Of a stretch of 64,000 nucleotides of DNA, positions 1 to 22,527 are shown piece by piece. The translations under genes and the position numbers were made by a program. Location of the stretch: positions 13,826,001 to 13,890,000 of the forward strand of contig CM022673.1 of the NCBI GenBank assembly GCA_012295275.1, in the 5' to 3' direction. The notes under the pieces were generated by a model. That model was not told the DNA's origin. It was given only the letters and a program-made list of their open reading frames with translations, and ran no database searches. Position 1 is the first letter of the stretch. Every line of letters starts with the position of its first letter. The DNA is from Chrysomallon squamiferum. Lineage: Eukaryota > Animalia > Mollusca.

Positions 1-28
1 TATATGTTTACTGATATCTGCTACTTAC

Positions 29-4696
<4,668 letters not shown>

Positions 4697-5039
4697 CTTT
4701 GATTTCGAGTCCAAAAATACCTTATTAAACAAATTAATGTTTAAATCGGTTCAGCCTCGGAGTACTTGCAGCCTGTAGGGATTTGTAAGTTATTAAGTGA
4801 TATGGCTGAACGTTTCAATCGCTATAGTCAGTATCATAAAAGTGAAAACTTACTGAGAATCCAAACCTGTTTTAAATATGTTGAAGCATACACGGCAATA
4901 CATGTACACATCTATATACCAGATGTATATCATTCACGCATATGTCAAAAAGAAAATGTCTCCCTTGGGCTAGGCATTGCTTCCTGATTACAAACAAACA
5001 ACGTATTGCGACATGTTTGATTTTGTGGAACATGATCAT

Positions 5040-5632
5040 CATCACTGATTTTGAAGTGTGAACTCAAAGGACGCCTATTCCACTTCGGGCAAGCCGTTTT
5101 GAGAAACTGTCAACGTGTTGGTCTTCAGTCGGTGTTTAAAGATGATCCTAGATCTCAGACGTGCCTCCTCTCTCCCCCCAGTTAGTCTGTGCGAGTTGGA
5201 TCATTTGCGGATTAACGCTTTGAACGACGCCGATCTGGACGATCCACAAGTTCTAAGGTTTGCGGACTGTGTCACCGAACAGTGGACTGTGTCACCGAAC
5301 AGTGGACTGAATGTCCCGGCAGAGAAGTGTGAAAAGATTTCGAAATAAATGGAGACAATACTGCGAATCACGTTGAGGGGTGTCGTTCAAAACTGAAGAC
5401 AATGGGCATCAGTCATCCCAACATTTTTAAATTCATAGGTATGATTAAGAGAGAGCAGGTCTTTGTTGAAGCTACAGTTTTACAGTTAAGAGCTGGTGGA
5501 AGGTTGGCACCAAAACGTAGGAACTACCAGCTACTTGACTTTGAGATATGCCAACAACAAATACTGTTCTTGACAGGACAGAACTCTCCAGTAGAATATG
5601 CTGATTCCGTCTCCCATTTTGTTGGACTGTGA
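5040..5632 (+). mobile_element. Degenerate Mutator-like (MULE) transposase fragment between the two AKR start codons
   Basis: Translated pieces ELKGRLFHFGQAVLRNCQRVGLQ, NTANHVEGCRSKLK and HPNIFKFIGMIKREQ match the MULE motifs GCxFHxxQA, RTNNxxEGWH and HPNI. Frameshifts are present, plus a 20-bp internal tandem duplication (GGACTGTGTCACCGAACAGT x2, about 5264-5303). Confidence 0.8.
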
Positions 5633-6439
5633 AATGTTTCAAGTCCATGGTTTGCCATTTGGGAAATAAACCAGACTGAGAAACTCTGTTTCATAATTTT
5701 CACAATAGGTGCTGGCACAGCAGAAACAATATACAATTTAAACAATATCCTTAAGTCTTTACAGAAATGTTATTAAAAATACTCTACACCGTGTTGTACA
5801 TGTAGTAAAAATTATATATGATGGCAAGGTGTTTGTAAAGTTATTTGAACAAATTAACTGAAAGATGTATAAAAAATTCCGGGTGATGCAAGCAACAACG
5901 TTCAAAAATTTTGAAGTGCGTCTCTACTATTACATGCTATCCAAAACAAAACAGGTTTATAGAAAAAGATAACACATTGATAGTTCTTGCCATGAAAATA
6001 AAGTGAGATTTTGTTTTGTTGTTTTTGTAAATTTGTCGAGTTTTTAAATTCGGCGTTTGGTCGTGACTAGTCTTGTCATCGCCAAGAGAAATTTTGCAAA
6101 GTCACAATTCGACGAAATAATTAATAAATTACTATAACAAGTTTATCACCGTTGTTGTCTCTGAATAAAAATTTCGTTTGCATTGTTTATTTTAAATATT
6201 TAGATTATTCTAGCATTAGTGGACTTTTTTTTTTTTATATTTCTGTCGAAGAAATTCTCGTCACTACGTCACGTGCGAGCAAAGTCAAACCCTGAGAAAA
6301 AAAACAACTGTTAATTTCTACGAAGTGACGATTTAGGTTTTGTATTATCATACGACTAGAAAGTAGTTATCGAACTGAAAAATATTACGTCTGAGCATCC
6401 ACCACATCTAACCACATTTTAGATACCGGCAGCAGTTCG

Positions 6440-7075
6440 AGAGGAAAAAATCACAGGAAAAAAAAAAATTATAGAAAAAAAAAAAACACAGGTAAAAAAG
6501 TCACAGGAAAATGGTCACAATTTTTAATTAACTTTCAGAAATATATTAGAAATGAAAGATAGATTAAACGCATTTTGTCAGAGTTTTTTGGTTAATGTTC
6601 TTTGATTTTAATGTTAGTGGTTCAGGCGGATGTTCTACCCAATACCACAAAGAAATTCAATCAGATCTTTTGTTTTGTGAGTTGCATGTTTGGTATACAC
6701 GAACCCCTCATAACAGATTTTGTTACCAGCCTTATTGCTATGAATAACTTCCACATTAAAATGTACTTCTGATACTAGAGCAAGCTGGAGAATATATAGT
6801 GAAACATATTTTAACCTGGGACATTTTATAAATCATTTACAATAGGAAGCCCTTAGTTTAGATCTATCCTTATCAGTAAGCTAGACCTAATTCTTGCTAA
6901 CTGATAATAATTAATAAGTGTAACAAGTCACCACCCCTGCACAATATAAAGTCTGTTTCTTTAATGTAGCCTAATCAATAAGCTTAACAATTACCCCATG
7001 CATACTATGATGCCACATTCAATACTCTACAAACCCACGCATTTTGTTAGTTTTTTACTGTGACTTTTTTTCCAG
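6440..7075. mobile_element. Possible non-autonomous DNA transposon relic
   Basis: Repeated AAAAA(G)TCACAGG motifs at about 6445-6520 and the inverted motif CTGTGACTTTTTTTCC at about 7058-7073. No clear TSD found. Confidence 0.35.
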
Positions 7076-8557
7076 CCACCCCAACAGCCTAGCTGATATA
7101 ATTGATCAAAGCTGTTAAAAGTTCAGGTTTTGTCCATTTTCCTCCACTCCCAAATCCCTTCTTTAAAACCTACCATGAAAAACAAATATATGGAAAGAAG
7201 GATCATTATGTGTTCTCTTAAATAGTGTTGTTATTTTTGTTTTGTGTTAAATCAGCCCTTTGTACGAGAGTGTTAAACATGGTGGGGGTAAACGATCTTC
7301 GACGCTTGTGATCAGCCTTTAAAAGCATGGAGTAAAAACCTGGCTTAACTATGAAAAGGTCGCTTCGGTGTTATTTTTAGCACAGCTAGAAGGGTCAAAG
7401 TTCGATCTTTCAAACAATGCATGTCGTCGCTGGCAATGGCTTATATGAAAAGTTGTGTCCAAAAATTTATTTTTCCTTGCCCTGAAACCAGTTTAAAAAA
7501 AAAAAAAAAAAAAAAAATTGAAACATGCATGTTTTATTATATATTTTATTATAAGAGAAGCAATTGTTTTACTTTCAAAATTCATGCGATAAACGGCGAA
7601 TTAAATAACAAACTATACTATATAACAGAACAATGTATTCAGAGTTGATAGAATGCTGAATAAAAAACTAATCACTTTTTTAATATCATAAACTGATCAG
7701 TTTTAAAAGTCAGATTATTTTTGCTTGTTGATAAGCTCCATCAACGGTCAACAATGTTCAGATAATAGGTAACTTTTGTTTGCAGTCAAATCACAGCAAG
7801 TAGAAACCTAACAAAATTATTTTACGTCTGCTTAAAATGACAGAAATATCACACCTGTGCCGTTAATTGCCTTTAGTCTCATGACTGTATCATTTTATTG
7901 CCTCTAATGAATTGAGTTTGTATATTGCAGAGGATTAAAGTTCTACATCAAATACTAGTGGTCTTTTTAACTAACATTTTTATAAACTATATTTGTGCAA
8001 TGTAAAAACTTGGTTTTGTAATTCCTTTCAAGGTTATACTTATTAATAGAACCCTTATCTTATTGATGACATGGCATTTTCCTTCTAAATCAACAATAAA
8101 AGAATCTTTATTAAATAATTTCTGTTTTTTCAGATGTTTAAAGTAGACTATCTGAATAAGTCAATGCATGTTTAGCAACAGGTTCCAGTTATTATAACAT
8201 TTTATTTGACTTCTTTTCGTGTCATCAGTCACATCCGATCACACTGAGCTTTTTTTTTTTTAAGATAACGTCTTTGACGGAATCTCATTAGTGCCTCTTT
8301 GCCAGACTTGTTTTTAATATTAAATTTGTGTCCTCTCTAGTGAGTTACATATTATTCGTAAAATACTTATTTTTATGTGCCCATTTAAAGAAGAATGACT
8401 TCTATATTTTATATTAAGTATATTACTACATTATTAAGCTATAGCGTATTATCATGTTTACAAATTCACATTGTCACGGATCTCCTGTGTACTTTCCTCC
8501 CCAAACGATGCGCGATTAGAGAATCATTCAGTGGGCTTTTATTATGTTGCACTTCTC

Positions 8558-8604
<47 letters not shown>

Positions 8605-8665
8605 CTTTTACTCTTTTTTTCTGTAATCAGTGTTTAACGTTTATAACTGTATATATATATATTCT

Positions 8666-8698
<33 letters not shown>

Positions 8699-8732
8699 GA
8701 TAGATAGATAGGTAGATAGATATATTACCTGC

Positions 8733-8763
<31 letters not shown>

Positions 8764-8811
8764 TAGATAGATAGATAGATACTTTGATGGATAGATAAAT
8801 ATATTACCTGC

Positions 8812-8850
<39 letters not shown>

Positions 8851-9038
8851 TCGACGACTTTGTTTCACTGCATTTTTAACAACATCTCTGTAAAGCCTCA
8901 AGGACTTTGTTTAAATTTTATATTGTCTCTGTTATCTTTACCGAGTTCATTTCAAGTTCTGGGTCACTAGGTTGGGTCGGTAGTGCAGATTTAAACTTTA
9001 ACTCGTTTATTCAGACATTTTTGTACTCGGAATCAAAC

Positions 9039-15001
<5,963 letters not shown>

Positions 15002-15159
15002 GTTTTCAGTGTCATGAATAAATGAACAATGGAAGTATGATGTTTACATAACCTACTGATTTGATAATTTTGTATGTGAAATGTAAACACACTGATGACA
15101 TTTTTATAATTTAAAAAATAACCTAACAGTTGACAGAGAAAACAAAATTCATTTTTTAA

Positions 15160-15233
<74 letters not shown>

Positions 15234-15745
15234 TTAAAACAGAGCGATAATTATTCACATTCCTAAACAGACATATATGGAAGTGATTGCATTAAATAAA
15301 TATTTTAATAGACTTTTTAGTTCATATGTGTAATCTGTGGAGATTTTGTAATAATATGTTTTCAAAATAAATTAGACAAAGAATCCAAAAATGTGTATAT
15401 GATTGCATGTAGTCATCCATTCGTTCATGTTCATATACAAATATTCACACACAAACACACACACACAGATGCGCGCGCACATTTTCACACACGCACACAC
15501 ATACACACACGCACACGCACACACATACACACATACACACACGCACACACAAACACACGCACACACATACACGCACACACATACACACAGATGCACGTAC
15601 GTACATACACACACACGTACACACATACATGCACTTACGCGTGCACGTACACATAGAATGAGTTTCGAAGTCTTACGAGTGATTGTACACATATTTAACT
15701 ATCTGCCTATCTATCTACCTCTCTGTCTCTCTGTCTCTCTATCTC

Positions 15746-15793
<48 letters not shown>

Positions 15794-16123
15794 CCTATCT
15801 CTTTACATATGGGTGGATGGAATGGATGGGTGAAAAACAAATATAAAGAACAGTAATAAAATTTCGTTTATTTCACTATCATCCTTAACATGTGGATGTT
15901 TTTGAAGGTACATGTGTATAAATGTAGGTGGCGTACATAAATGCTGGTGTATACATGTGTCCGTGTCTAACGACTGTTCATGGTATTATCAACCGAAGAT
16001 GTCATATTGATTACATTCAGTTCACTGAAACAACAAATCATAAACGTAGTTTGACTGAATAGATTTAACCAGAACATGTTAAAATACACAAATGTAAAGT
16101 AGACATCATCAGTCTGGTTTCCC

Positions 16124-16718
16124 TCAATCTCCCACTTTCAGCACCCATCTGTCCACTTGGTAAGTTCCAGAAAATGACGTCACATAACCCACAGTATTCT
16201 GCACACGTCGTAGCAGTCTAAGAGTATCACCACCGTCGTTGTCGTTGCCGTAGCCGAAGATATTTTCACCGGGAATTATTTCTGGATTCACGAACATTTG
16301 GCCCGCTACTGACACTGATGTTTCGTTTAGAAAATGCACAAACTGGAAAATAATACAAAAATGTATACATAGATATTCAAAGGTCAATGTAAATAATATA
16401 TACATACAGTATAAATAAAAAATAAATAAAAAAATAAAAAAATATATAAAATACATGTATTATAAATATTTATAAAATGCCATATTTTTAAATCTATTTT
16501 AAAATCTATATTTATATTTATATATATGAAAATTTAAAAATTAAAATAAAAAATGATTTGAAATAATTAACCAATTAACCAATTTAATAGCAATAAATGA
16601 ATTTAATCAAAATACAATAGACTGGCAGAAAGTTAACATCACAGCAAAAAAAAAAGAAAAAAAAAAAAAAAAAAAAAAAAACAAACAATCAAAACAATCC
16701 GACATAATAATAATAATC

Positions 16719-16791
<73 letters not shown>

Positions 16792-17355
16792 CGATGATGA
16801 TGATGATGACAAATAAATAACGATACGTAGATACATTAAAATGCTCTCTGATGAATCTCAGCATATATAAATTCGAAGTACATAGGTACTAATTTTCTCA
16901 CCATGTAAATACTTTCTAAATGTAACCTTGGCGGGACCTCAACGTGCCACGTAACTGGTTCATACGTAGACAGAACTAAGGTGATTGGTTTAGTCGTGTT
17001 GCCCTCCATCAGAACCGAGGTCAGTGAGGCCTTCATTGGGTGACTGTTTTTATTCTTGTAGGAAGCTAACACATGAATCTCCCTCTTCGAGTTTGCAGCT
17101 GACTGGTTGTAGCAGGAGTAAGTTTGAAGCGTAGACTTTCCTCCGTAACTTGGCCTGCCTCGAGCTCGTTTGTTGTTAGCAACGACAAAACAACCATCCA
17201 GCTCCTCTGTCAAATAGTAGAAGTAGTAAAATAGTCAGATAGTCAAATACAATTCAATAAGGACAAAACAACAACGACAACAACAGGAACTATAATATTC
17301 TAACAACAATGCAAATCACTAAATTAATGAATACAAGGGAGAATTAATTAAAAAA

Positions 17356-17400
<45 letters not shown>

Positions 17401-17937
17401 AAAAAACAAAATAAAACATTTACCTGTGTTCGGTGAGAACGTCGGTTCAGTAGAACTTGTCAAGAACGTTGAAGATGCTGATGGTGTTACGTCAATAAAA
17501 GACGATGTGAACGTTGTTAATGTTCCATCACTGAAAGACGGTGTCCACGTTGTTGTTACTGCATCAACAGAAGACAATTTCAACTGGTATGGAAGAAAAC
17601 ACTTCTGCTCTGAAATCTGTTTCCCAATGAAATCACTTTTCCGTGAGAGAATTTCAGTTTGTTTATTTATCACGTGATGTTTTGTTTTTTCAATATTCAG
17701 ACGATCCTGCAGCCGTTTCAAATCCTGTATCTCTTTACGACCGTCTTTTATCAAACTAACTAAATCTCTAATTAATTCTTTCTTCTTTCTGACAGCGGCG
17801 ATCATTCTGATTAATTTTATCTTTTCTTCAATTAGTCTCATTTGTCTGTCGACATCTTTGTCGTACTCGTTGTGACTTTCACATACATTCATAGACACGT
17901 GCAATAAAAACAAACAAAACAAAACAACGGAATTCAT
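16124..17937 (-). CDS. Uncharacterised secreted protein, 345 aa: signal peptide, coiled coil, Ser/Thr-rich linker, C-terminal globular domain
   Basis: Exons (-): 17937-17424, 17206-16902, 16342-16124 (1038 nt, GT-AG sites, phases 1 and 0 consistent, ends TGA). N-terminus MNSVVLFCLFLLHVSMNVCES, then a heptad-rich K/E/L/I segment and a T/S-rich tract. C-domain: EIHVLASY...KPITLVLSTYEPVTWHV...GYGNDNDGGDT...VTSFSGTY. Confidence 0.85.
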
Positions 17938-19438
17938 CTCTGTGTGTTACACAGTTTGGTTACGTTACAAAATGTCTTGTCAAGAACAGTAACACGGCGT
18001 AGCGGAAGGTGATGATGAGGGTCACATCCGGAAGCGATGCTGCTTTGTCAAAACGCCGGAAATCTTCTGGTTAGCAGGCTGATATACAAACTGACGTTAT
18101 CAAATCGGAGATTAATATGATTTTCAAATATATTGCATAGTGTGCATTCTTATGTCTGTAGTGCTAGAAGTGTATTTCTATACTTTTCTAAATTTTAAAA
18201 TTTCCTTCCCGAATAACTTGTCTAAAGACCTGTGACTGATAATTAAACCCGCACTTAAATCTAGCGTCCATGGTTATCTATCAATTGTAATGACATCACA
18301 AATGTTTGATAACGCTGTTTATTACAGCGGTATGACTTATTACATGATTTTCTCTTTTACTCATTTGTCGACGGAACACAGGTATAAAAGATAAGAATTA
18401 ACATTATATGAATTCATTTATATTGTTAGAAGAATTATTATGTGAAAAGCTAAAATTAAGAACTGAAATGATGTGAAATGATATCAACAAATAGAAAATG
18501 TTCGATTCTACGTTTGTTTAATTTGATTTTAATTAATTAATTATTGTTTTCTATTTATGATTTTCAAACGTCAGCATTAAAAATATGCAAGAAACCTAAT
18601 TAACTGAGATTTCGATGCTGAAGTTAGTATTAATAGCTACAATAGTAGATTTTTTTGTCGTTTCCTTTCCTTTCTTTCTTTTATTTATCTTTATTTTTTA
18701 ACCCTTTCATTTATTTATTTATTTATTTATTTTAATTATTTAATATATTTATATTTTTGTTTATTTACATATTCATTCATTCATTCATTATTCTAATTTA
18801 TTATTTTATGTATAAAACCTAAAATAATTGATTTAAGACGCTTTCATTTCTGCTTAGCGGACTAAACAGTCGCGAAAACGAAAATTAATTTGAGCGAATA
18901 TACTACGATCGAGAGCGGTGAGTTATGAATTAAAATATAAAACTGTTAATTTTATTTAGTTTTTGTTATTATTTAGGACTGCAGGATGTTATCAGAATGT
19001 TCTTTGTCAATTAACCAGATCTAATATTATTAAATGACGTCAGATAAAATAAGGTAAACTCATTACGTCATATACACACTGCAAATAGAACCAACAAGGT
19101 AAATATTTTCATTATTTTAAAAAATATATATATAAAAATAAATTTTTTATAATAAAAAAAGTGAGAGAGACAAACATTCGGTCATTTGACAAAACATTTT
19201 CTTGCAAAATAATTTTATCCCTTTAATAATATTTAAGAATAGGTTTTAAAACAGTGAAGCTATTTTTTACCACTCTCGTTTATTTCTAGTGACCCATTCC
19301 ATTCACGTACAAAAGGTTATTTTGATACTATTAAATGTATTTGGTTTTATTCTTAAATTATGTAGACATTTCAAGAAATTCAGAAACTATATTAATAGAC
19401 GATGATATATTACGTAAATTAAAATTCACAGTTCTTAA

Positions 19439-20114
19439 AGTAGCACGGACCAACAGGAAGGATAACTCGTAACGGTACAATTTGCGTCTGCTCAAAAAAT
19501 GGCTCTAGATTTCTCCAATTTAATGGGTACAAACTACGCCTGAATATTCTTTTCTGATGGGTTCTGACATGGGGAACATTAATCTTATAACAAATTATAA
19601 TTTCAATTTATTATTTACGCATCTGCACAAAAATAATCCAGTTTAAAAGTTCATTAAGTTGAAAAAGTAGTTAGGAAAGGTGTGGAACATCATGGTTTGG
19701 TAATATGAACAACGATCCTTACCTTTGTTAGTGTAAATCATAAAAAATTCAGGCAATGGACGTAAATTGTTTAATTTGGAAGTTTAAAACTCTTTATGTG
19801 ACGGTTTCCGAGCGTACACGGAAATATACGATCGAAATTCAAGATGGTGGCTTCCGAGGCCGGCCAATGTTTTCAAACTTTTAAACACATATTCCTTTCA
19901 TGGATTATTCGCGTTTTTTTTTTTTAGAACAAATATGTAATATAATCAGTACCTCGTATATATAGACGTCCATTATTGTGTAGAAATTGTGGTAAAGGTC
20001 GAAATTTTTTTTTTTTTTTTTTTTTTTTTTAGTAACTTTGAAGTCATACCACCTCGTACACGTTTCGTACTATATATTTTTCAAATATTACGACGTCGCC
20101 GGTAAAAATAAAAT

Positions 20115-20146
<32 letters not shown>

Positions 20147-20221
20147 TAAAATGAACTAAAATAAAATAAATAAATAAATAAATAAATAAATAAAAATAAA
20201 ATGAACTAAAATAAAATAAAA

Positions 20222-20252
<31 letters not shown>

Positions 20253-20696
20253 ATACAAATAAAAAGCACCACCCCTTCCACTTACAAAAACAAAAACAAA
20301 ATAATTTTCACAGAAACTGGCCATGAATATGAAGATTACTATTCTCATTAGGTACCATAATGTGGACATGTCACTATGCCAAAAGTCCATGGCGGACCGT
20401 TCTGAGTACGTTGTTGTAAAATATTTATTTCAATCTTCAGTGCATTAGAGGTTATATTTTTTAACACGTTAAAAGCAAATTAATCGCGTTATTTGAATTC
20501 CTTGATATATTCATTACAGTGCTTGATACCAATTTCTGGACAACCAGCTATATATAAAAAAAAGTTAAAAATTAATTTTTCATTCTTTTTCGATAACAGA
20601 AACTTTATTCTTCTTCTGAAACCTGTACTGTTATGTATGCAAACAATGAGTTTCCTATTTGAATTTTTAAAAAAACAAACATTGGTCCATGCTACT
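19439..20696. mobile_element. Non-autonomous Kolobok-like DNA transposon (about 1.26 kb)
   Basis: Left end TTAA|AGTAGCACGGACCAA (19435-19453); right end TTGGTCCATGCTACT|TAAA (20682-20700). 15-bp TIR with one mismatch, RR 5' terminus and TTAA-like target, which are Kolobok hallmarks. No coding capacity seen. Confidence 0.7.
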
Positions 20697-20756
20697 TAAA
20701 GGCTCGAGAAAAAAATAATAATTAAAAAATATATATATAATAATCATAATAATAAA

Positions 20757-20883
20757 TAAATAAACAACGTTTAAGTAGCAATACTAAAGCATCTTTTTTT
20801 TATTATTTTCATTTTAATTATTAGAACTACTTAATCGAAAATCGTAAAACAAAATACTAAAAAAAAATAATAATTAAAAAAAA

Positions 20884-20938
<55 letters not shown>

Positions 20939-21040
20939 TAAATAAATAAAAAACGTTTAAGTAGCAATACTAAAGTATTGTTTTTATTATTTTTATTTTT
21001 ATTATTATAACTACATAACTGAAAATCCTAAAACAAAGCG
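20757..21040. repeat. Degenerate direct duplication (about 100 bp x2)
   Basis: AACGTTTAAGTAGCAATACTAAAG...AACTAC...GAAAATC...AAAACAAA occurs at about 20766 and 20952, separated by (AAT)n. Confidence 0.6.
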
Positions 21041-21676
21041 AAACAAGGAAATAGGTTGAAAAAAAAAAAAAAAATAAAAACGTCTTTAAAAGCGAAAAGG
21101 GTTGGTTGTGTTTGAATAGATTATTTAAATATTTAGACTTATTAATTTTACATTCTGCTTTGTATTTGACAAATAACCCCGTATGTTGTGTTTAATACCA
21201 TCCGAAGTTAGGCGATAAAGCCCGGTCCTTGAAAAATAAACCACTCAGGAATGACAACTCTTTATTGTCGTCTTCAAAAGGACATCAGAATTACTGAAAA
21301 AAGAAAAAGAAAAGAAAAGAAAAGAAAAGGCCTATTCAAGAACGACAACTCTTTCTCAGGACTCCTCACCCGTTCATATTATATAAACCAAAAACATAAT
21401 ATTTAATTCATTACATCTCTTTTTATAGAGAGAACACGTTATTGAATGGACCTGCGAATCCGATAACGATATCTCTTGAAATATGTTATGACTTAGGATT
21501 TACTTTTTCAAAAAACTAAAATTTCCAAAAGAGTTCCGCACTGTAATTTGCCACCCCATATACCTTGCTGACTAGTCTGAAGTCTAGAGACCAGTCTTAA
21601 TCACGTCTGCAATATGTTTCTTTTCCTTTTCTTTCTCTCTTTCTTTTTTATCATTTTTAATTTTTTTTTTTTAAAT

Positions 21677-21723
<47 letters not shown>

Positions 21724-22140
21724 TTAACTACTATTGCAGATTACAGCGGCTGGGTTCAAAACTGATAAGAAGGAAGAAATGTTGACAGCTTGAAGCCGGA
21801 ATTACATGAATTACAAGTCAGGACTGTATCAGTTATCTTAAACTTTCATCTGTCACGAGATACGCCCTCTTGCGGCGAATGGTTTTTCATCATATTGTAA
21901 ATACAGAAATCAAATTGCGAAAAGATCATTTTTAAAACATTTACGTCGCTGTTTTGCTTCTCCAACATCATGCTCCGAACCATTTAAAAACATTATTCAG
22001 TGTGTCGCATCTGTAATGTATTCGCGTTTCCGGGGCAACAGCTGTCATCTCAACGAACATTAATTTAGTACACATTGTGAACTGAAGCTAACGCGAGTAA
22101 ATGAAACCGAAGAATGGAGAAGTAACAACACTTTGTTGTA

Positions 22141-22527
22141 ATGGCCGTCAATAAAACCGTATTTCTAGGAATTTATCGTCTCAAACTTAATCAGAAAGCC
22201 GAGTGTCTCAACAATGGGTGTGTCTTGTGGAGGGGGGCCAAGTGCGGACGCGGGTTCGGAGGGATGTACGGTTCCGTCAACGTTCGAATCCCGGGTGTGA
22301 TGGGGAACAGGACCATTGGAGCTCACCGACTGGCGTTCATGATCTACAGAAATAACTTCTACATCCGCGAGGGCTACCACGTGTCGCACCTGTGTCACAA
22401 CTCGCTGTGTATCTGTGGACGTCATCTGAGTCTGGAGCCAGCCAAAATCAACAGACGTCGAAACATCTGTAAAAAGAAAAACACCTGTACCGGTCACGGT
22501 CGCTTTCGAAAATGTATTTTAAACTGA
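22141..22527 (+). CDS. His-Cys box / His-Me finger endonuclease (I-PpoI-like zinc-binding loop), 128 aa, single coding exon
   Basis: GCVLW...YG...AHRLAF...VSHLCHNSLCICGRHLSLEPAKINRRRNIC...CTGH...C aligns to the I-PpoI SHLCHN..C....HL..E....N..R..C....C.H...C signature. The ORF is uninterrupted and clearly more GC-rich than its flanks. AATAAA at 22677-22682. Confidence 0.88.
   Translation: MAVNKTVFLGIYRLKLNQKAECLNNGCVLWRGAKCGRGFGGMYGSVNVRIPGVMGNRTIGAHRLAFMIYRNNFYIREGYHVSHLCHNSLCICGRHLSLEPAKINRRRNICKKKNTCTGHGRFRKCILN

Noticed and set aside
8700-8850. Duplicated GATA-repeat/ATATTACCTGCAAT/(AAT)n block upstream of AKR B, and a similar small duplication at 57740-57860
   Set aside because: Typical slippage duplication among microsatellites; no evidence of function.
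22165-22497. 110-aa minus-strand ORF
   Set aside because: Antisense shadow of the nuclease ORF; no recognisable motif.
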